From positions 2,875-66,874 of the forward strand of contig JBHENW010000050.1 in the NCBI GenBank assembly GCA_046261875.1: a stretch of 64,000 nt of DNA, given 5' to 3'. Shown one piece after another: positions 58,516-64,000 of this stretch; the stretch's first letter is position 1; every line of letters starts with the position of its first letter. Below the pieces are notes generated by a model. That model made no database searches, was not told the origin of the DNA, and saw nothing but the letters and a program-made list of their open reading frames with translations. The position numbers and the translations under genes were made by a program. Source of the stretch: Thermoanaerobaculia bacterium. Its GTDB lineage: Bacteria; Acidobacteriota; Thermoanaerobaculia; UBA5066; Gp7-AA6.

Positions 58516-58889
58516 CCGATCCGGGGGGGGTGCCGGGCCGCTGGGTGGTCCTCGTCCAGCGGTCCGACGCGGCGTCCCTCTACGAAGTGGCTGCCATGAC
58601 GGCCTCGGCCACGGCGCTCGGCGTCGAGGTATTCCTGGTCTGGTTCGGGCAGGCCCTGGATGCGTTCGCTTCGGGTCAGCTCGACGAGCCCTCGCCCACG
58701 GGCGCGAGCGCGGCGGCCCTGCTCGCGGAGGCGCGCGAAAGCGGCCGCCTGCGCCACCTCGCCTGCTCGGCCTCGGCCGTCTCCTCCCGGAGCGGACCGG
58801 ACGGCGTGCGTGCCCGGGTGGACGATCTCGTCGGATGGCCGACGGTCGTTTCCCTGATGCGCGCGGCGGAGAGAGCCTTCGTCTGGTGA
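58512..58889 (+). CDS. Hypothetical protein (125 aa), possibly DsrE/YchN-like fold
   Basis: Weak resemblance only; conserved Cys in the ...RLRHLACSAS region. Confidence 0.35.
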   Translation: MTDPGGVPGRWVVLVQRSDAASLYEVAAMTASATALGVEVFLVWFGQALDAFASGQLDEPSPTGASAAALLAEARESGRLRHLACSASAVSSRSGPDGVRARVDDLVGWPTVVSLMRAAERAFVW

Positions 58890-59114
58890 GTCCCGCGCAG
58901 ACCGCCCTGCGCTGAAAATCGCTCCCTTCCAGTCTCTTTCCTCCGCGCCTTTCGGGGCGGACGTCATTTGTCCGTCGCGCGCGCGCTAATCGTTGTGGAA
59001 AAAAAGCGCGCTGCGGAAAAGAAATATTTTCCGCCGCGCGCGACGAAAGCCGGAGCGCTTTCCGGCCATGCGGAAATTTCTGGAGCGTTGACACTCCCCG
59101 AAGCAGTGAAAACA

Positions 59115-61100
59115 ATGCGCGCAATCTCCACAATGCTTCAAGAGGTCACCGCGGACAAGGGCCTGCCGCAGAACATGGAGGCCGAGCGCTCAGTCCTGGG
59201 CGCAATCCTCCTCGATCCGGCTTCGCTCACATTCGCCGTCCCCATACTCCGCGAGGAGGATTTCTTCCCCGACACGCACCGGCGGATCTACCGGGCGATG
59301 CTCGACCTCTTCCAGCGCTCCTCGGAGATCGACGTGCTGACGGTCAGGGAGGAGCTGGACCGGACCGGGGCCGTGGAGAAAGTGGGGGGAGCCGCTTACC
59401 TTTCCGCGCTGCTCGATGCGGTCCCCGACGTCGCCAACGTCGAGCACTACGCCCGGATCGTCAAGGAGAAATCGACGCTCCGCCGGCTCATCCAGGCCGG
59501 CCAGAGGATGGTCCGGGAGGGCATTTCCCAGGAAAAGACCGCCGAGCAGCTTCTGGGCGACTCGACCGGGGAGATCTTCGGCATCGCGGACGACGCGGTG
59601 CGCGAGGTCTTCACGCCGATCGGGAAGATCGTCCGACACAACCTGGAGCTCATCGAGGACGCGCGCAACCGCCAGGGGATGCTCTCGGGCCTCGCGACGG
59701 GCTTCACGGAGCTGGATCGCCTGACTTCGGGCCTCCAGACGACCGACCTGATCCTCGTCGCCGCGCGGCCGGCGGTCGGGAAGACCTCCCTCGCCCTGAA
59801 CGTCGCGCAGCACGTGTCGGTCCGCGAAGCGCGCTCCGTCGGCTTCTTCTCCCTGGAAATGTCGAAGGAGCAGATCGGATTTCGCGTCCTCTGCTCGGAA
59901 GCGGACGTGGACGCCAAGAAGGTCCGGGACGGGTACGCCTCGAAGGAAGCGATCGGGCGGCTCGTCCTCGCGCAGACGAAGATCGCGGGCGCGAACTTCT
60001 TCATCGACGACGCGCCGGGCCTCTCGGTGCCGATCATGCGGGCCAAGGCCCAGCGGCTGAAGCGCGAAAAGGGGCTCGATCTGATCGTTGTCGACTATCT
60101 CCAGCTCATGGCCGGGCACGGACGCTTCGACAACCGCGTCCAGGAGGTCTCGCAGATCTCGCGCGGCTTGAAGCTCCTGGCCAAGGAGCTGGCCGTCCCC
60201 ATCCTCGCGCTCTCCCAGCTCTCGCGGCAGCCCGAAGCCCGCAAAGGCGACCAGCGCAAGCCGCAGCTTTCGGACCTTCGCGAAAGCGGCTGCCTGACGG
60301 CGGGCACGCGGATCCTACGAACCGACGGCTCCCACGCGACGATGGGCGAGCTCCACGAGCGCCGCGAGCGGGACATCGGCGTCTGGACGCTCGATGAATC
60401 GATGGACTGGGTGCCCGGCCGGATGCCCCATGTCTTCGCGAGCGGATTGAAGCCGGTCTTCGCGCTCCACCTGGCGTCGGGCCGCAGCGTCACGGCCAGC
60501 GCCAACCATCCGTTTCTGACTCCGCGGGGCTGGAAGCCCCTCGCCGATCTCGCCGCCGGCGAGCGCCTCGCCGTCGCCGGCCGGGACCCCCGGCCTGAGA
60601 CCGGCGGAGCGCAGGGGACGCCCGGACTCGACCGGCGTCCGCCGGTCGGGATCCGACTCGAGCATCCCGGCCGCAAGCCCGACCCGAGCGTGGCGCGAGG
60701 CTTTGCGGTCGCCTTTGCGAGCGCTTTCGTCGGAGCCGTCGTCGGCGTGTTGAGCGAATCGGACCGCCGGCCCTCGGCGGACGTGGCCTGGGATCCGATC
60801 GTAAGGATCGAGCGGCGGGGAGAGGCGCCGGTCTTCGACGCCACCGTGCCCGGCACTCACAACTTCCTGGCTAACGGGATCGTCGCCCACAACTCCCTCG
60901 AGCAGGATGCCGACGTCGTGATCTTCCTCTACCGCGAAGAGCTCTACGACCGCGACACGGAGCGCAAAGGGATCGCCGACGTGCTCGTCGCCAAGCAGCG
61001 CAACGGGCCGACGGGGGAGTTCCCTCTGGTCTTCCTGGCGGATCACATGACCTTCGCGAACTACGCCGGCCCGTCGGTCGTCCCGGACCAGCCCTTCTGA
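59115..61100 (+). CDS. dnaB: Replicative DNA helicase DnaB containing a 201-aa mini-intein
   Basis: N-terminal MEAERSVLGAILLD. Walker A GKTSLALN, then ...LSDLRESG | intein | SLEQDADVVIFLYREELY... Likely ATG at 59115 (track ORF from 58968). Confidence 0.85.
   Translation: MRAISTMLQEVTADKGLPQNMEAERSVLGAILLDPASLTFAVPILREEDFFPDTHRRIYRAMLDLFQRSSEIDVLTVREELDRTGAVEKVGGAAYLSALLDAVPDVANVEHYARIVKEKSTLRRLIQAGQRMVREGISQEKTAEQLLGDSTGEIFGIADDAVREVFTPIGKIVRHNLELIEDARNRQGMLSGLATGFTELDRLTSGLQTTDLILVAARPAVGKTSLALNVAQHVSVREARSVGFFSLEMSKEQIGFRVLCSEADVDAKKVRDGYASKEAIGRLVLAQTKIAGANFFIDDAPGLSVPIMRAKAQRLKREKGLDLIVVDYLQLMAGHGRFDNRVQEVSQISRGLKLLAKELAVPILALSQLSRQPEARKGDQRKPQLSDLRESGCLTAGTRILRTDGSHATMGELHERRERDIGVWTLDESMDWVPGRMPHVFASGLKPVFALHLASGRSVTASANHPFLTPRGWKPLADLAAGERLAVAGRDPRPETGGAQGTPGLDRRPPVGIRLEHPGRKPDPSVARGFAVAFASAFVGAVVGVLSESDRRPSADVAWDPIVRIERRGEAPVFDATVPGTHNFLANGIVAHNSLEQDADVVIFLYREELYDRDTERKGIADVLVAKQRNGPTGEFPLVFLADHMTFANYAGPSVVPDQPF
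60291..60893 (+). mobile_element. DnaB mini-intein (no homing-endonuclease domain) at the canonical RESG/S insertion site
   Basis: Begins Cys1 CLTAGTRIL (block A), SANH (block B-like), and ends ...THNFLANGIVAHN followed by Ser+1 (blocks F/G). Confidence 0.8.
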
Positions 61101-61248
61101 GAGAGGCTTCGCGTCTTTACGCTCCGATGAGCTTTTCGGTTCGCGGCGCGAGGAGTCTCCGTCTCCGGAGGAGCCTCGCGCCGCGGGAGCCGGAGCGAGC
61201 GAACGGAGCAGCCGAGCGGCGTGCCGCGTTTGGCGAAGCCGCGAGGCG

Positions 61249-62388
61249 GTGCCGAAAGGCAGCGACGTCGCGAGCGAAGGCGAGGTTGTGAGACCGACGG
61301 TCGCGGTCATCGACCTGGGGGCAATCGCGCGCAACTACCGCCGGCTGGAGGGGCGGTTGGCCGGTCAGGCGATCATCGCGGTCGTCAAAGCCGACGCCTA
61401 CGGGCACGGGGCGCTCCCGGTCGCCCACCGGCTGGCCGACGAGGGGGCGGCCAGCTTCGCGGTCGCGCTCGTGGAGGAGGGGATCGCGCTGCGTCGCGGC
61501 GGTGTCGCCGGCGGCATCCTCCTCCTGGGCCATGCCGATCCGTCGGACATCCCGATGCTCCGAGCGTACGGCCTGACGCCGACGCTCCATGCCCTCGAGC
61601 AGGCCCGGGGCTTCGCTCGCGCGGCCCGCGGCTTGTCCGGCCCGCTGGACGTGCACGTCAAGCTGGAGACGGGGATGGGTCGGCTCGGCTTCCGCGAAGA
61701 AGAGGTCGCGGGCCTGATCGAGATCCTCCGCGATGCCCCGGGCCTCCGCTTGGCGGGCGCCCTGACGAATTTTTCGCAGGCCGACGAGCCGTCTTCTCCT
61801 GCCACGGCGCGACAGATCGCGCGCATGCGGTCCGAGGTCGAAGCGTTGCGCGCGGCGGGATTCTTCCCGGGAGCCGTGCACGCCGCCAACAGCGCGGCCG
61901 TTCTCGCGCATTCCGATTCCTTCTTCGACGCCGTCCGTCCGGGTCTCGCGCTGTATGGCGTGTCCCCCTTCCCGGAATCCGACGATGGCCTCGAACCGGC
62001 TCTGACGCTCGAGACGCGGGTGATCGCCGTGCACGAGGTGCCCGCGGGCGCCGCGCTCGGCTACGGAGGGCGCTTCGTGACGCGCCGGCCCTCGCGGATC
62101 GCGACCATCCCGATCGGCTATCATGACGGCCTCCGGCGCGTAATTTCCGGTCGCGGTTCTGTTTTGTTGCGGGGGAGGAGAGCGCCCCTGGCCGGGGCGG
62201 TGAGTATGGATCTGACGCTCCTGGATGCCACCGACACGGGCGCGGAGGCCGGCGACCGCGTCGTCTGTCTCGGCGCCGAGGGGTCCGAACGGGTCACGGC
62301 GTGGGACCTCGCCCGGGCCGCGGACACGATCCCCTACGAGATCCTCTGCGGAATCGGCCCCCGCGTTCCGCGCCATTACGTCGGCTGA
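61249..62388 (+). CDS. alr: Alanine racemase
   Basis: AVVKADAYGHG PLP-lysine motif. True start may be downstream of the first ATG. Confidence 0.85.
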   Translation: MPKGSDVASEGEVVRPTVAVIDLGAIARNYRRLEGRLAGQAIIAVVKADAYGHGALPVAHRLADEGAASFAVALVEEGIALRRGGVAGGILLLGHADPSDIPMLRAYGLTPTLHALEQARGFARAARGLSGPLDVHVKLETGMGRLGFREEEVAGLIEILRDAPGLRLAGALTNFSQADEPSSPATARQIARMRSEVEALRAAGFFPGAVHAANSAAVLAHSDSFFDAVRPGLALYGVSPFPESDDGLEPALTLETRVIAVHEVPAGAALGYGGRFVTRRPSRIATIPIGYHDGLRRVISGRGSVLLRGRRAPLAGAVSMDLTLLDATDTGAEAGDRVVCLGAEGSERVTAWDLARAADTIPYEILCGIGPRVPRHYVG

Positions 62389-63155
62389 TGCGGCTGCTCG
62401 AAGCCATCGGCCGCCTCATCCTCCGGGTCCTCGAGGAGATGGGACGCTTCTTCCAGATGCTCGGACGCGTGGCGAGCTGGACGTTCCGCCCGCCCTACGA
62501 TGGCCAGGAGCTGATGCGTCAGATGGTCCGCGTCGGATTCGACTCGATCCCGGTCGTCTTCCTCACGACCCTCTTCACGGGCATGGTTTTGGCGCTCCAG
62601 ACTTTCTCGGGGTTCGCGCGTTTCCACGCCGAGAGCCTCGTGGGGAGCGTCGTCGCGCTCTCACTCACGCGCGAGCTCTCGCCCGTCCTCACGGCCCTCA
62701 TGGTGACGGGCCGGGTCGGGAGCGCCATGGCCGCGGAGCTCGGCACGATGCGTGTGACCGAGCAGATCGACGCGCTGACGGCGCTGGGCACCGAGCCGGT
62801 GCAGTACCTCATGGTCCCCCGCGTGGTCTCGGCGATCGCGATGCTCCCGTTGCTCGTACTGCTCGGCGACGCCGTCGGCATCTACGGCGGCTACTTCGTC
62901 GCCGTCCAGCTGCTCGGCGCCAATCCTGTGACCTATCTCGAGAACTCCTTTCAGTTTCTGGAGATCTCCGACGTCACTTCCGGGATCATCAAGGCGGCCG
63001 TGTTCGGCTTGATCTTCTCGATGGTCGCGTGCGTGCGCGGCTATTACACGGAAGGCGGCGCGGAAGGAGTCGGGCGCTCGACGACCCGGGCGGTGGTCGC
63101 CGGAAGCCTGACGATCCTCTTCGCCGACTTCTTCCTCACGAAGCTGCTGTTCTGA
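62388..63155 (+). CDS. mlaE: MlaE-family ABC transporter permease (phospholipid/toluene-tolerance type)
   Basis: ATG overlaps the alr stop. Conserved MlaE segments (VTEQIDAL, YFVAVQLLG). Confidence 0.85.
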   Translation: MRLLEAIGRLILRVLEEMGRFFQMLGRVASWTFRPPYDGQELMRQMVRVGFDSIPVVFLTTLFTGMVLALQTFSGFARFHAESLVGSVVALSLTRELSPVLTALMVTGRVGSAMAAELGTMRVTEQIDALTALGTEPVQYLMVPRVVSAIAMLPLLVLLGDAVGIYGGYFVAVQLLGANPVTYLENSFQFLEISDVTSGIIKAAVFGLIFSMVACVRGYYTEGGAEGVGRSTTRAVVAGSLTILFADFFLTKLLF

Positions 63156-63156
63156 G

Positions 63157-64000
63157 CATGGAAGCGAAGCGCCGCCCCGGCCCCGCTTCCCCCGGCGGCC
63201 CCTCGCCCGCCGGGAAACAGAAGGCCAAGATCCGGGCAGAGGACCTGCGCAAGTCCTTCGGGGAAAAGGTGGTCCTGGAGGGCGTCAGCTTATCGGTCCC
63301 GGAGGGGGAGTCCCTCGTCATCGTCGGGCCGTCGGGGACCGGCAAGAGCGTGCTCCTCAAGCACCTCATCGGGCTGCTCCGGCCCGACTCGGGAAAAGTC
63401 TATGTGGATGGCATCGACGTGTGGGGGCTTTCCGAGCGCGACTTGAACACCCTGCGCAAACAGTTTGGCATGGCGTTTCAGGAGGGGGCTCTCTTCGATT
63501 CGATGAACGTCTTCGACAACGTCGCCTTCCCTCTGCGGCGCTCCGGACGGCCTCCGGATCAGGTCCGGGCCCGGGTGCGCGAGTGCCTCGAAATGGTGCA
63601 CCTCCCGGGCATCGAGCAGAAGAGGACCTCCGAGCTCTCGGGCGGCATGCGGCGGAGGGTCGGATTCGCGCGGGCGATCGCGCACGAGCCGGACATCCTG
63701 CTCTTCGACGAGCCGAACACGGGGCTCGACCCGATCATGACGGACGTCATCAACGAGATCATCCTGGAGCTGAAGGAGCGTCTCGATGTGACCATCGTGA
63801 CCATCACGCACCACATCGAAAGCGCTCGCAAGATCGCGGACCGCGTCGCGCTCCTGAATCGCGGGCAGATCGTTTTCGAGGCGACGCCGGATGAATTTCT
63901 CCGCTCGGACCATCCGGCGGTCCGCCAGTTCGTGGAGGGGCGCGCCCAGGGCCCCTTGACGGTCGAGGAGTACGAGCGGAAGCCCGCGGGGGCGGCGGAG
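63157..64000 (+). CDS. mlaF: MlaF-family ABC transporter ATP-binding protein, 3'-truncated at the window edge
   Basis: GPSGTGKSVLLKHL Walker A, LSGGMRRRVGFARA signature, LLFDEPNTGLD Walker B. Not in the ORF track because no stop occurs before the window ends. Confidence 0.85.

Overview
The window is a GC-rich bacterial chromosomal segment, apparently about two-thirds G+C by eye, so antisense ORFs are long and Arg/Ala/Pro-rich. Gene content (hhy-type hydrogenase, Oar-like TonB receptors, Trx/DsbD) suggests an Acidobacteriota-like soil organism; that is inference only. Gene order, left to right:
- the 3' end of a copA-like P-type ATPase
- a tmRNA-like structured RNA candidate
- a PQQ sugar dehydrogenase
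- a serine hydrolase reading through in frame into a Trx2-type thioredoxin
- a GntR regulator
- lexA, tRNA-Cys, tRNA-Leu, rnc, dsbD, a thioredoxin-like gene, tRNA-Phe, def
- an isolated nuoB-nuoCD-nuoI Q-module followed by a PhyH-type dioxygenase
- a TonB-dependent receptor and a frame-disrupted BNR-repeat gene
- a YdeP/FdhF-like molybdoenzyme, a Phd/VapC pair and a PCYCGC-domain protein
- korAB and an S9 peptidase
- an AAA+ ATPase operon
- a roughly 13 kb [NiFe]-hydrogenase island (32.2-45.0 kb, minus strand)
- psiE-like and FNR-like genes
- a second TonB-dependent receptor with a poly-C frameshift
- HxlR, BtuF-like, folE, a TetR-HlyD-ABC exporter, PolX, dodecin and a PHP phosphoesterase
- dnaB carrying a mini-intein
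- alr, mlaE and partial mlaF.

Hydrogenase island: it holds hypE, a GmhA-like SIS gene, hypD, hypC, hypF, a CooC-like Ni-insertion ATPase, a Rieske protein, two HupD-like proteases, large and small subunits with group-1h-like signatures (no Tat signal), and four tandem paralogous small membrane proteins translationally coupled to the small subunit. No hypA or hypB is present.

Most notable observation: the CooC-like gene is interrupted by a single in-frame TGA at codon 112, the position of the first Cys of the family's conserved C-x-C metal site. A hairpin lies 18 nt downstream. This is a selenocysteine candidate, with nonsense pseudogene as the alternative.

No CRISPR arrays, rRNA genes or transposases were seen. 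Several genes show frame anomalies, which suggests draft or MAG-quality sequence.

Coordinates of tRNAs and short motifs were read by hand and may be off by 1-2 nt. CDS bounds follow the ORF track, with starts adjusted by codon arithmetic.
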